A DNA stretch of 64,000 nucleotides from Azolla caroliniana (taxonomy: Eukaryota; Plantae; Polypodiophyta), in NCBI GenBank assembly GCA_043228905.1, contig JBHGNT010000001.1, positions 34,844,001 to 34,908,000 on the forward strand, given 5' to 3'. The notes beneath the pieces are model-generated. The model worked only from the letters and a program-made list of their open reading frames with translations. It ran no database searches and was not told where the DNA came from. Position 1 is the first letter of the stretch. Every line of letters begins with the position of its first letter. A program made the translations under genes and the position numbers. This document shows, piece by piece, positions 22,765 to 35,866 of this stretch.

Positions 22765-24394
22765 ATGTGTCAAGAAAAGTATCAAGAAAACACAATGGTA
22801 TCATGGAACACTATTATCACAAGCTTGTTTGACCATGGGCTCAGTGAGGAAGTGTTGGAATGCATGGAGGACATGGAACATGAGGACATTTCATTGGATG
22901 GTACCACCTATGTTTGTAGCTTGCATATATGTAGCAATGCTAAATTCAATGAAAGGGCCCAAAAACTACATGTTGAGATTGTTATCACAGGTTTGGATGA
23001 CCATTCTTTCATCGGGAGTTCATTAGTGCATATGTATGCTGCATGTGGGCTACTTGTTGAGGAGATGACATAAATGGCTCTCCAACATGCATAGATGAAG
23101 ATGTGAGAGTACTTACAAATACAATCATTGAGATGTATGGAAAATGTGGGATCATGGCAGATGCTCATAAGGTGTTTGATGAAATGTTGTGCTCAACTGC
23201 AATGTCATGGAATGCATTGATGACAGGCCACACATGATGTGGACCGTGTGAGGAAGTGTTTCATCTCTTTCACGAGGTCACAAATCAAAGCATATGTCCA
23301 GATTGCGTGATGTTCCTTAAGGTTGTAGCTGATATGCCTTTTTTTAAAACTAATGGAAGGATATTTTGTTTTAAAAAAACACAAGGGTAAGTCACTTACC
23401 TTTCTATTTTGAAGGCATGTGGCAATTTAGGGGCTATAGAAAAAAGCAAACAAATTCATGATCAATTTAGGAGTCGAAACTTCATAGAGAAGGATATTGT
23501 GCTTGGTAACACTTTAGTTGATATGTATGTTAAATGTGGAATGCTTGACAAAGCCCAAAAAGCACTCGAAGACCATTTTAATCGCAATGTCATCACATGG
23601 TCTGCAATAATTTCAGGGTATGTTCAACATGGACAAAGCCATGACGCACCCGATAGTTTCAAAAGAATGCAAAATGAGTGTTTATCACATGATGTTGTTA
23701 CATTTATTTGCACTCTAAAGGTCTGTGGAAGCATGGGTGCTATAGACAAGGGCAAACAAATTCATGATGAGGTCGTGAAAAGGAAATTGCTAGAGAAGAA
23801 TATAGTTCTTGGTACTACTCTCGTTCATATGTATGCTAGATGTGGTATGCTTGAGAAAGCGAGAAAAGTATTGGAAAAGCTTCATCTTCGAGATGTGATT
23901 GCTTGGTCAACCCTTATTGTTGGTTATGCTCAACAAGGACAAGGACATGAAGCCCTGAAGTGTCTCAAACACATGGAAAGTGAGGGCATATCTCCTGACA
24001 ACATAACATTATTATGTGTGATGAGTGCAAGTGCTCACTCTAGGCTCGTAAACGATGCCAAAATGCTTTTTGAGATTATGACTACAAAATATTGTATTTC
24101 TCCAAACTTAGAGCATCTTAATTGCATGGTTGTAGTATTTGGATGTGGGGGGCAATTTGATAAGGCTATTTTAGTGATCAAGGCAATGCCATTTTTTGAG
24201 TATTCAGCCATGATAGGGATTTCACTATTGGGTGCTTGGAAGATTGTCTTTTGATCAAGCCATACAACTAGATAATAATGGTGCGGCGGCATATGTTCGC
24301 ATGGCTGATATATTTGGAAGTGCTGGTATGTTAGAGGATGAAAAAAAAATTGAAACCCTGATCAGAATAAAACATGATTCTTGGAGAAAGCAAG
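22765..24394 (+). pseudogene. PLS-class pentatricopeptide repeat (PPR) pseudogene
   Basis: PPR motifs VSWNTII, GSSLVHMYAACG, LGNTLVDMYVKCG, VIAWSTLIVGYAQQGQG, LEHLNCMV. Stops at 23073 and 24254, a short retroposed insert near 23322-23379, and chromovirus 2 inserted at the 3' end. Confidence 0.85.
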
Positions 24395-24716
24395 TGCCAT
24401 GATATGGCAAGACTGAAACCCATAACCTTATGTTACATGGGTCGAGCTCTTGACCATTACACTATCTATTGTAATACGTAGGATATTATTTTTATTTAAG
24501 TTTTACTATAGAAAATTAATGTATATTCTATATTTCTCTGGAACATTCTAGAAGCTTCAGGACTACTCCTGAGAACACTATAAAAGGAGGCACAAGGCAT
24601 TATTTCGAACCAAATCGGTTCAACGCCAGTCTTAAGCCTCCTAGCCTTCCTTATGTATTCTTCTCACATAATATATCGCTGTCATCATCATTTTCTCTCC
24701 CTCAATCTCTCACTCA

Positions 24717-24787
<71 letters not shown>

Positions 24788-24880
24788 CTTCTCTCGAGTG
24801 TTCTACACCCTCTATTGCTCTTAATACTAATATTCCTCTCTTAGTACTAATTCTTCTCTGTTTCAGTACTATTCCTGACA
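24395..24880 (+). repeat. 5' LTR of chromovirus 2 (HSE 24541-24558, TATA 24579, (CA)n expansion 24719-24785)
   Basis: Aligns with 35462-35866; termini tgccatg...cctgaca. Confidence 0.9.
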
Positions 24881-25823
24881 GTTTGAACCAATTTCTTCCT
24901 CCTTCCGTCTCCTCCTTTCCTCCTCTTCCTTTTATCTTCTTACATATCCCATTTTTTCCGGTCTTCTTTCCGGTTTCCCTCATCTTCTTACCCCTTTTTT
25001 CCCGTCATACTAATCCTCTTATCCTCCCCAATAAAATGGAAATTGTTAGCGCTAAGGAATACCAATATGTTTTCTTGGAGCTCCAGGGCTTAAAAGAGAA
25101 ATTTGTAGCAAGAAAATCACCGTTTGTTGGGGGATCTTCAACAAATGGCGTTGGAAAAACAACAACACGAGGAGCCGATGTTACGTGTACAACAACTTGA
25201 AGCGACTATTGTATCACTACAACAACACCAAGGATCAAGCACTCATGGGATTCACAAAGAACCCAAGATCGATCTTCCTGCAAAATTTGATGGGACCCGA
25301 TCACAGTTTAGAGGTTTTATAAATCAGGTATGTTTAGTGATTCAAATGCATCCTTCTTGATATCCCACCGATGCATCACGAGTGGGACTAGTAGGCACTC
25401 TATTTAGTGGCTCAACATTGGCATGGTTCGCTCCGTTGTTAGAAAAGGAATCTCCATTGCTAAACAATTTTGAAAAATTTATAAGTGAGTTTAAAGCCTG
25501 TTTTGAAGATACTGACAACATAAGAACATCAATCAACAAAATCTGAAGATTACGCCAAGGTGATCGTCTAGCCTCCGCATACACTACAGATTTTCACCTA
25601 CTCGTTGTCGATATCCCTTGGGATGATCAAGCATTGATGGAGCAATTTAGTTATGGTTTACACAACGATGTCAAGGATTTACTCTTGACCTTCCCCGAAG
25701 AACCAAAGTCATTAACAGAAGCAATCAGTCGCGCGATGAGATGCGACAACCACCTTTTCGAACGACATTCGGAACGGCAATTCCAAATGCCGAGGGCAAG
25801 TTCAGAGCCCACCTACGCCTTAA

Positions 25824-26516
25824 TGTTGAGAATCAACGCTTCGATTCACCTTCTTCGCTCGGCCACAACCGAGTAATCGCGGATCAATGGAGCAGAAAAT
25901 AGGAACCACAAAGAGAAACAAAACGCGAGTACACAGGGATTAACGTGGAAAACCCAAACGGGAAAAACCACGGGAGTACAAGACTCCAACCCAACACTAT
26001 ACAGAGAAGTATACAATGGCGAGCTGCAAGGCGACGACCTTGAGCTCGCTGTCCTCGCCACAGGCGGCGGAAATACACAGAGGCGTCTACCTCTTCCTCT
26101 CTCGCGCTCTATCTCTCTCTCTCTCTCTCTCACGGCTGCTTACACTTCACTCCTCTTGAGTGGAAAAACAGAAAAATGAGAAGCAACAACTAAAACTGTT
26201 TGCTCTAAGTCATATTTATACACATATGACTTTCGGGCTATTTACAAATATAGCCTCAAGGGGCCCTTGGCAAACATATTCACAGATATGTCCCCGCATC
26301 CGGATCTCTCTCCGGGTACATACGTCATCCGGCTCCGTAACCGGGGTCTTCAGCATCCGGCTCCGTAACCGGGGTCTTCATCATCCGGATCCGTAGCCGG
26401 GTACTCTTCATCCGGCTTCATGCCGGGTACTCTTCATCATACGGTTCCGTAACAGCCTCCGGGCTTGCCGTCATTCATCTCCGGACATCCCATCCGGAGG
26501 GACCGAAATCCCAACA
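25824..26516 (-). repeat. 3' LTR of copia element
   Basis: Nearly identical to 30628-31324; I saw about 2 substitutions plus a (CT)n length difference. Confidence 0.95.
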
Positions 26517-26526
26517 AACTCCCCCT

Positions 26527-29500
26527 TCACTTCGGCATGGGATGTCTCTCCAATCCGACCCTCTTCCGGCATGCTTCCAGCTTGTCGGGTGTGAGCACCT
26601 TGGTCAGCATATCCGACCCGTTCTCGTCCGTATGGATCTTCGCCAGCACGAACTCCTTGTCTTCTATCCTTTCCCGGATCCAGTGGTATCTACGCTGGAT
26701 GTGTTTCGTCCGGGAATGGTAGGCCGCGTTCTTCGCAAGGTGGATGGCACTCAGACTATCGCAGTAGAGTCGGTACTCCTCCTGCCGGATACCGAGCTCT
26801 CTAATGAAGTCCTTCATCCATATTATTTCCTTGCCGGCTTCAACAGCCGCCATGTACTCCGCCTCCGTGGTTGACAGCGCAACCGTCTTCTGCAGCCTCG
26901 ACTGCCACGAAACAGCTCCACCTGCATACATCATCACATACCCTGATGTGGACCGGCTGGTATCTGCATCAACAGACATCCGAATCGGTAAAGCCGTCGA
27001 ATTCAGGCTTACCGGAGCCGAATCGGAGGCACACGTTTGCCGTGCCCTTCAGGTATCGGAGTATCCACTTGACCGCGTTCCAGTGCTCTTTGCCGGGATT
27101 GCTCATGTACCGGCTCACCACTCCAACTGCATATCCTATGTCCGGTCTTGTACACACCATTGCGTACATCAAGCTTCCGACGGCAGAGGCATATGGTACT
27201 TTCATCATGTCCTCCTTCTCAGCCTTTGTCTTGGGGCTTTGCTTGCTGGACAACTTGCAGTTTGCCGGGAGGGTTGACCCGACCGGTCTTGCTTCCGACA
27301 TGTTGAACCGGTGAAGCACCTTTGTCACGTACTTCTCCTGTGACAGCCACAACTGCTTCTTCTTCCGGTCCCGGATGATGTGCATCCCTAGTATTTGCCT
27401 CGCCGGACCCAGGTCCTTCATTGAGAAGGTTCGGTGAAGCGCTTTCTTCAGCGTCCGTATCTTGACCTGGTCCCGCCCGACGATCAACATGTCGTCCACG
27501 TACAGGAGGAGTATTAGAGAGTCTCCTCCTTCGAACTTCTTCACAAACACGCAGTGATCAGACTGCGTTTTGTGGTACCCTTCGTCGGTCATGAAGGAGT
27601 CGAACTTCCGGTACCATTGCCGGGGAGCCTGCTTCAGTCCGTAAAGGCTCTTCTTCAACCGGCATACCAGGTGCTCCTTCCCTTTCTTCTCGAATCCTTC
27701 CGGTTGCTGCATGTAGATCTCTTCTTCGAGGTCACCGTGAAGGAATGCCGTCTTCACGTCCATCTGTTCTACCTCGAGGTCCATGCTTGCCGCTATGCTC
27801 AGCACCGTCCGGATGGAGGTCATCTTCACTACCGGGGCAAATATCTCGTCGAAGTCGACGCCCTTCTTCTGCTGAAACCCCTTCACCACGATCCTGGCTT
27901 TGTATCTCGGGGGGTTTCCGGCATCTCCCGGTTTCAGCTTGAACACCCACTTGTTTCGAAGTGCCCGCTTTCCTTTCGGCAACTCCACAAGTTCGTATGT
28001 GTGGTTCTCATGCAGGGAATCCATCTCGTCCTGCATGGCACTCAACCACCTGCGGCTATGGGTGTCATGCTTTGCTTCTTCAAAGCTCTCCGGCTCCCCC
28101 TCGTCGGTTAGCAGCACGTGCTCTGGTTCCGGAAATCTCCGGGGGGCCCTTCTCTCTCTTAGAGGATATCTCCGTTCCGGAGCTTCGGTAACCGGTTCTT
28201 CCGATTCTTCTTCATCCGAATCCATTTCGGGATCGGGGCCGGTTCCGGTATCATTTTCATCTTCTTCGGCCGGTTCTGTTTCTTCACCGTCTTCGGCCGG
28301 ATCCTCGAGTGCTAACCGGTCCCTTGCCGGTCGGGACTGCTCCTCGTAGAGTTGATCCTCACCGGTCGACTTGGAGCTCTTCATCTTCTTCTCCGACTCC
28401 AAGTCGGCGAGTGTCTTGTCCTCCATGAAGATGATGTCTCGACTCCTGAATATCTTCTTGTCGACCGGGTCCCATACTCGGTAGCCGAACTCGTCGTCGT
28501 CGTAACCGAGGAATATGCATGGCCGGGTCTTTGGATCTAGCTTTCCTCTCCGGTCCTTTGCCACATGCACGTAAGCGAGACACCCGAACACCTTCAGATG
28601 CCGGTAGGACACTTCCTTACCGGTCCACACTTTCTGCGGCGTGTCTCCGTCCAAAGGTACTGAGGGTGATCTATTTATCACATACGTCGCCGTCGACATT
28701 GCCTCAGCCCAAAATCCCTTGGGTAATTTCGCATGTGCCAGCATACTCCGGACCCTCTCCATTATGGTCCGGTTCATCCTCTCGGCCAGCCCGTTCAGTT
28801 CCGGCGTCTTCGGCACAGTAAACTCGAGCCGGATTCCCTTCGAGCGACAGTACTCCTGGAACTGCCCCCGGTATTCCCCTCCGTTATCCGCTCGTATCGC
28901 TTTCAGCTTCTTGCCGGATTCTCTTTCCACTCTCGCGTGGAGTTCTTTGAAGACGGACAATACTTGGTCCTTTGTCTTCAACGGTGCCGTCCACAGCTTC
29001 CGGCTGTGATCATCTATGAATGTTACGAAGTACTGGGCTCCGCCATGTGACTTCGTTTCTACCTGACACACATAAGTGTGTACCAACTCCAATGGTACAG
29101 TACGTCTCGTCGGTGGCCTTGAGTGGAAAGAGGTTCGGTTCTGCTTACCGGCCAGGCAATCGGTGCACTTCTCCAGGTGCACATGCTTCACTGGAATAAG
29201 GTTGTCTTCTGCAAGCCTCTTCATCCCCTTCTCACTCATGTGGCACAGTCTTTTGTGCCACAGCTCACCGGCAGTGTCGGCTGCCACATTCAGCTCTTCC
29301 GGACATAACCGGGCATTCATCAGGTACAGGGTGTTGACTTTCCGGGCCCGAGCCACTATCAGGCTCCCCTTGCTGAACTTCATGACACCGTTCCGGATGC
29401 TACCCGTGTAGCCTTCATCATCTAGCCTCCCGGCCGAAATCAGGTTCAGTCGGACCTCCGGAACGTGTCGGACATTCTTCAGCAGCATTTTGCATCCGGT

Positions 29501-30598
29501 CGGGGTTGTCACACACACGTCTCCTATGCCGGCAATCCGGCACGTACCTTCATTCCCCATCCGAACACAGCCATGCTCACCGGCTGTGTAGGATGAGAAG
29601 TATCTTCTCTCCGGGGTCAGGTGGAACGATGCTCCGGAATCAACCACCCAGGTCGTCTCATCGCCGGCAATGTTTAGTTCACCTTCTTCGGTGATGAGCA
29701 TGATCTCCTCTTCACTTGCCGCGAGTGCCGTCGTTCCTTTCCGGTCCTGTCCTCGCCGATCCGAACCATTCCGGTCCGTGGCTCCCCGGTATGCATCGTT
29801 TCTCTCCGGTGACTTCTTCGAATCGGTGTTGTCGGTTCCATTGTCTTTTCGGTAATGCCGACAATTCTTTCGGAAGTGCCCCGGCTTCCCACAGTGGAAG
29901 CATCTTGGCCTTCCTCTTGACTGCGACCGGGTCCCCGACTTCTCCCGTCTTTGCGGACTCCGGTTCCATTGTCTTCCCCGATCCGATTCGGTAAACAGCA
30001 TCTTCGGGTCGGAGGCCGGTTCCTTATCTCTCCGACGCGCTTCTTCGTTCAAAATACTTGTCTTTACCGTTTGTAAGGACAAGTTATCTTCGGTGCAGGA
30101 GGTGCTGAGAGTCACCACCAAGTTCTCCCAGCTTTCCGGCAATGTACACATCAGGATGATGGCTTGCATTGCATCCTCCAACGGGAACTTGATCGCCGCA
30201 AGCTGATTCACGAATCCCATGAACGTGCTTACGTGTTCCACCATACTCTCGCCGTCCCGGTACTTGAGATTCACAATCTTCCTCATCAGGGAGGTCCGGT
30301 TCAACGCATTCTTCCTCTCGTAGAGGCCCGGCAGCTTCTTCCACATCTCATATGCGTTGGTGTCGTTCGCCACATGTTGTAGGACGCTTACATCGACATA
30401 TTGTCGGATCGTCGCTACGGCTTTCCGGTTCAGGAGCTTCCACTCCGACTCAAGTACCCCCTTCGGTATTTCCGACCTGTCAATCGGTTCGTACAGGTCC
30501 CGAACAATCAGAAGATCCTCCATCTTGATCTTCCAGTCGGCGTAATTCTGTGCATTCAGCACCATCATCCCCGGCTGCCCGCTGCCGCTGCCTTCCAT
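26527..30598 (-). CDS. Copia Gag-PR-IN-RT-RH polyprotein, frameshifted at the start of RNase H
   Basis: ATG at 30598; CFHCGKPGHFRKNC, WVVDSGAS, WHKRLCH...CTDC, YVDDML. The frame breaks near 26978 (GFTDSD / MSVDADTSRSTSGY) and RNase H continues in ORF 26527-26979. Confidence 0.9.
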
Positions 30599-30627
30599 TT
30601 TCTGCAACAGTCGCTCTGATACCAGTT

Positions 30628-31324
30628 TGTTGAGAATCAACGCTTCGATTCACCTTCTTCGCTCGGCCACAACCGAGTAATCGCGGATCAATGGAGCAGA
30701 AAATAGGAACCACAAAGAGAAACAAAACGCGAGTACACAGGGATTAACGTGGAAAACCCAAACGGGAAAAACCACGGGAGTACAAGACTCCAACCCAACA
30801 CTATACAGAGAAGTATACAATGGCGAGCTGCAAGGCGACGACCTTGAGCTCGCTGTCCTCGCCACAAGCGGCGGAAATACACAGAGGCGTCTACCTCTTC
30901 CTCTCTCGCGCTCTATCTCTCTCTCTCTCTCTCTCTCTCACGGCTGCTTACACTTCACTCCTCTTGAGTGGAAAAACAGAAAAATGAGAAGCAACAACTA
31001 AAACTGTTTGCCCTAAGTCATATTTATACACATATGACTTTCGGGCTATTTACAAATATAGCCTCAAGGGGCCCTTGGCAAACATATTCACAGATATGTC
31101 CCCGCATCCGGATCTCTCTCCGGGTACATACGTCATCCGGCTCCGTAACCGGGGTCTTCAGCATCCGGCTCCGTAACCGGGGTCTTCATCATCCGGATCC
31201 GTAGCCGGGTACTCTTCATCCGGCTTCATGCCGGGTACTCTTCATCATACGGTTCCGTAACAGCCTCCGGGCTTGCCGTCATTCATCTCCGGACATCCCA
31301 TCCGGAGGGACCGAAATCCCAACA
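30628..31324 (-). repeat. 5' LTR of copia element
   Basis: Direct repeat of 25824-26516, immediately followed on the minus strand by the PBS. Confidence 0.95.
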
Positions 31325-31676
31325 CTTAAAGGTAGCGAAACCTTTTCCGAGGGAGTCATATAATGCGTCTCCAGTGAATACTCTGACTCCAATGGAGATT
31401 GACACTACATGTCGTCGCGGACCATTATCGGAAGAAGAAAAGCAGCGACTTCGAGCAAATCGACTATGTCTTTATTGCAGTGGACCAGGGCATATTGCAG
31501 TAAATTGTCACCATAGGCCAAGGAGACAAGTAAACCAAATAGTTGCTAGTTCTAATTGTACTAAACCCGAGTCTATTTTAGTAGGAATATCTTATAGTTC
31601 TAATAGTACTAATAGCCCAAATCTAGCGAAAAAATTTGATGTCCTTAGTCAATTAGAAGAAGAGTTAAACGACTAA

Positions 31677-34600
31677 GTCCATCCAAAATAGGAGCCGTTT
31701 GGTTGGACAACCCTAGATCTGTGGAACCCATTAGTGGTTCCATTCCCTCTAAGCAAGTTAGCAATTTGTTCGTAGCCCATGTAACAGTTAGTACTAAAAG
31801 TACCCCTCTAGTACATGTCTTAGCACTTCTAGATTCCGGAGCTAATTCTTGCTTCATGGATAGGAATTTTGCCCAAGCTCATTAGATATCTCTCAGAAAA
31901 ATTCCCTGTCCAGCCTCTATAGTAGTCATTGATGGTTGTCCATTGCTTCCGGAAATATCATAGAAGAGTTAGAGCTCGTTAATATTGTCCTAGATAATTT
32001 AGCGTGTGTAGTATCATTTAATATAATTAGTATCCCAGAACATCCCATTGTTTTAGGATTACCATGGTTCGAATTACATAACCCAGACATATATCGGAGA
32101 ACAAGAGAAATCCGTGTCCAACCTTTGTAGTAGTCATTGATGGTTGTCCATTGCTTCCGAAAATATCATAGAAGAGTTAGAGCTCGTTAATATTGTCCTA
32201 GATAATCTAGCGTGTGTAGTATCATTTAATATAATTAGTATCCCAGAACATCCCATTGTTTTAGGATTACCATGGTTCGAATTACATAACCGAGACATAG
32301 ATTGGAGAACAAGAGAAATCCGGTGTTGACAAGCCCAATGATCTACTCATAAGATTGCAACCATTTCGCTACATCAGTTGCAGGAAGAAGGACGCAAGGA
32401 AGAAATGTTTCTCTTCGCAATATCAGTAAAACCCTCCGCACCACTAAAGAGGAGTCCACCGTTCAACTTCCAAAGAAGTATCATCATTATGCCGATGTGT
32501 TCGATAAAGTACAAGCCAATACGCTTCCTCACAATCGACCGTATGATTGTCCCATCGATTTACAACTGGGAAAAGAGCCACCATGGGGACCGATCTACAA
32601 TTTGTCACCAACCGAGCTAGAAGTCCTTCGAGCCTATATAGAGGAAAATTTGGAAAATAGTTTCATTTGACATTCGAAATCTCCAGCCGACGCACCCATT
32701 TTCTTCGTCAAGAAAAAGGATGGATCACTTTGTCTTGTTGTAGATTACCGTGGCTTGAATAAGGTCACCATTAGAAATAGGTATGCACTTCCCCTTATCT
32801 CAAGTCTTTTAAAACAGATCAATGGTGCAAGGTTTTTCACGAAGATCAATTTACGAGGAGCATATAACCTCATACGGATCCGACCAGGAGATGAATGGAA
32901 GACCACATTTCGCACCAGATATGGGCACTTCGAGTATACGGTCATGCCGTTTGGTCTCACTCATGCGCCATCAGTCTTCCAGCACATGGCAAATGATATA
33001 TTCTGAGATCTCTTGGATGTTTGTTTGATCATCTATTTGGATGATCTACTGGTTTATTCGAAGACCCAATAAGAGCATGATTCTCATGTATTGTTAGTAC
33101 TAAAACGACTTCAAGAACATGGTCTTTACGCAAAGCTGGAAAAATGTAGTTTCAGGTGCAACCAAGTGGAATTTATGGGCTATGTCATCTCCTTGGAAGG
33201 CATCTCCATGGATCCAACTAAGGTCAAAACGGTGGTAGAGTGGCAAACTCCGCGTTCGTTGCGAGATGTGCAATGCTTTTTAGGCTTTGCCAATTTCAAC
33301 CGCAAGTTTATACAGGATTACTCAAAGCTTGTTCTGCCTCTCACACAACTTACTAAGAAGGGACAATCGTTTGTTTGGTCTGAAGAAGCGGACATGGCTT
33401 TTGAGAATCTTAAGAAGGCATTTACATCGGCTCCTATTCTAGCTCACATTGATCCGGAAAAACCATTCATCATGGAAGTGGATGCGTTGGATTTCACATT
33501 GGGTAGCATTATGTCACAACAAGGTAATGATGAAAAGCTACATCTTGTGGCTTTCCACTCATGCAAGTTTGACGCCACCGAAATCAACTATGAAATTCAT
33601 GATAAGGAGTTATTAGCAATAGTGGACTCTTTTACACAATGGAGGCATTTTCTAGAGGGATCCTCTCATCAAGTTGTCGTATTCAATGATCACAAAAACC
33701 TTGCCTACTTTCAGAGTGCTCGTGTGTTAAATCGACGTCAAGCTCGGTGGGCCCAATTCTTCATGCGTTTCGACTCCAAAATTACATATCGTTTGGGAAG
33801 CACCAAGGGAAGGCAGATGCATTATCACGACGTTCATATCTAGCCCTGCGTCTTAGTGAACTAGCTTTCGATAACCAAAAGCAAGTAATCTTGGAACCGA
33901 CACGACTGCAAGCAACACAGGTCTCTGGCATGCCCTTGGATTCCCACGTTATTGATACCATACGCGAGGACTTGAAGACAGATGCTTTCGCCCAAGCCAT
34001 TCTATCACAAATTGATCCCTCTCGAGAATCTCGTTCACAGTCGCAACAACCAGGTACGAACTATCAACAATTCGAATGTCATGATGGATTACTATTCTTT
34101 AAGAAACTCTTTTATGTTCCTAATGGTTCTTGCCGCCTTCGAGTAGTCCAAAACTATCATGACACATATACAACTAGGCATTTCGGTAGTACTAAGATAT
34201 TAGATTTAGTACAACGATCATTCTAGTGGCCTTGTATGTGACAATTTGTTGAAGATTTTGTTTGGACTTGTGATACATGTTGCAGAGCAAAAATGCCAAG
34301 GCGTCATCCATATGGTTTATTAGATTCACCATTACCAATTCCAAGCAAGCCGTGGCAATCCATTGCTCTAGATTTCATCACAGATCTTCCAGTATCTAAG
34401 GAATTCAATGCGATTTTAACAGTAGTAGATCGATATACGAAGATGGATCATTTCCTGCCATGTACTAAGGAAATCTCCAGTGAAGAAACCGCCGAAATTG
34501 TCATGCGTGAAGTATGTTGGCATCATGTCCTTCTTGATAATACCATCAACGAACGTGGACCCCAGTTCGTCTCGAAATTCTGGAAGCACCTTTTTAAAAT

Positions 34601-35461
34601 GCTCAAGGTTAGTTGTAACCTCTCCTCTGGCTACCACCCGCAAATCGACGGCCAAGCAGAACAAACAAATCAAACGCTGGAGCAGTATCTTCAGTGCTTT
34701 CTAAGCTATCATCAGGATGACTAGGCGGATATTCTCCACTTCGCCAAATTTGCCTATAATAACTCTGTCCACTCATCGACTAAAGTTATGCCATTTTATT
34801 GTTATACAGGTTGTCAACCTCGGTGGTGTGTATTTGAAAACCCAGAGTTACCCACAAATCCTTGCGTAGAGGATCGTTTGGAGCGGTTCCGCAAGATACA
34901 AACAGATTTATCTACTCATCTACAACAAGCTCAACAAACACACAAGGTTTACACGGATCGTCATCGTTTTCCATACAATTTTAACATTGGAGATCGGGTA
35001 TGGCTACTACGACGACACATCAAGACTACTCGCCCATGCGAGAAGTTGGATTATTAGCGATTAGGTCATTTCCATATTATCGAAAAGATTAATGATTTCG
35101 CTTTTCGTCTCGATCTACCCCCGCAACTTCGCATACATCCGGTGTTTTCATAGTTCTCTCCTCGAACCCTATCAAGACAACACCATGCCAGGACGTATTC
35201 CACAACCTCCACCCTCGATCAAACTTGAAGATGGACCTGAGTACGAGGTTGCCACCATCCTCGATTCCAAGATTGTTCGCAATAAGCTCTACTATTTAGT
35301 CGATTAGTTAGGATATAGTCCTAGTGAGCATACTTGGGAACCAATAGAGAATGTGACGAGCGCTCGTGCTCTTCTTGAAGACTTCCATCGTCAATACCTA
35401 GACAAACTGGGTCCTCAATCCAAAACGACTCATGACACTCTTCATTTTAAAGTGGAGGTGG
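31677..35461 (+). pseudogene. pol: Pol pseudogene of chromovirus 2 (PR, RT, RH, IN, chromodomain remnants)
   Basis: Fragmented ORFs with [51 protein letters not shown]. Internal 208-bp duplication in the protease region. Confidence 0.9.
31908..32323. repeat. 208-bp tandem duplication in the protease region
   Basis: ORFs 31936 and 32144 translate to near-identical peptides, offset 208 bp. Confidence 0.9.
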
Positions 35462-35866
35462 TCTCATGATATGGCAAGACTCGAACCCATGACCTTATGT
35501 TTCATGGGTCGAGCTCTTGACCATTACACTATCTATTATAATACGTAAGATATTATTTTTATTTAAGTTTTACTATAGAAAATTAATGTATATTCCAGAT
35601 TTCTCTGGAACATTCTAGAAGCTTCAGGACTACTCCTGAGAATACTATAAAAGGAGGCACAAGGCATTATTTTGAACCAAATCGGTTCAACGCTAGTCTT
35701 AAGCCTCCTAGCCTTCCTTGTATATTCTTCTCACATAATATATCGCTATCATAATCATTTTCTCTCCCTCGATCTCTCTCTCTCTCTCTCTCCTTCTCTC
35801 GTGTGTTCTACACCGTCTATTCCTCTTAGTACTAATTTCTTCTCTGTCTCAATACTATTCCTAACA
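35462..35866 (+). repeat. 3' LTR of chromovirus 2
   Basis: Aligns with 24395-24880, ends cctaaca followed by TSD gcaag. Confidence 0.9.

Larger units (their letters stand above)
25824..31324 (-). mobile_element. Ty1/copia LTR retrotransposon (Tto1/Tnt1-like), full length, very recent, GC-rich
   Basis: LTRs 25824-26516 and 30628-31324 with TGTTG...CAACA termini; TSD CTTAA at 25819-25823 and 31325-31329; tRNA-iMet PBS tggtatcagagcga at 30624-30611; PPT gaagggggagtt adjacent to 26516. Confidence 0.97.
25036..31676 (+). pseudogene. gag: Gag pseudogene of chromovirus 2, interrupted by the copia insertion
   Basis: Fragments EPKIDLPAKFDG, DVKDLLLTFPEEPKSL (25036-25823) and TPMEID...CLYCSGPGHIAVNC...FDVLSQLEEELND (31325-31676). 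Confidence 0.88.
24395..35866 (+). mobile_element. Degenerate Ty3/gypsy chromovirus (second Tcn1-like family) containing a nested copia element
   Basis: LTRs 24395-24880 and 35462-35866; TSD GCAAG at 24390-24394 and 35867-35871; gag and pol remnants homologous to 15417-20176 with many stops and frameshifts. Confidence 0.93.

Noticed and set aside
26542-30619. Many plus-strand ORFs antisense to the copia polyprotein
   Set aside because: Expected shadow ORFs of a GC-rich coding strand; no motifs.
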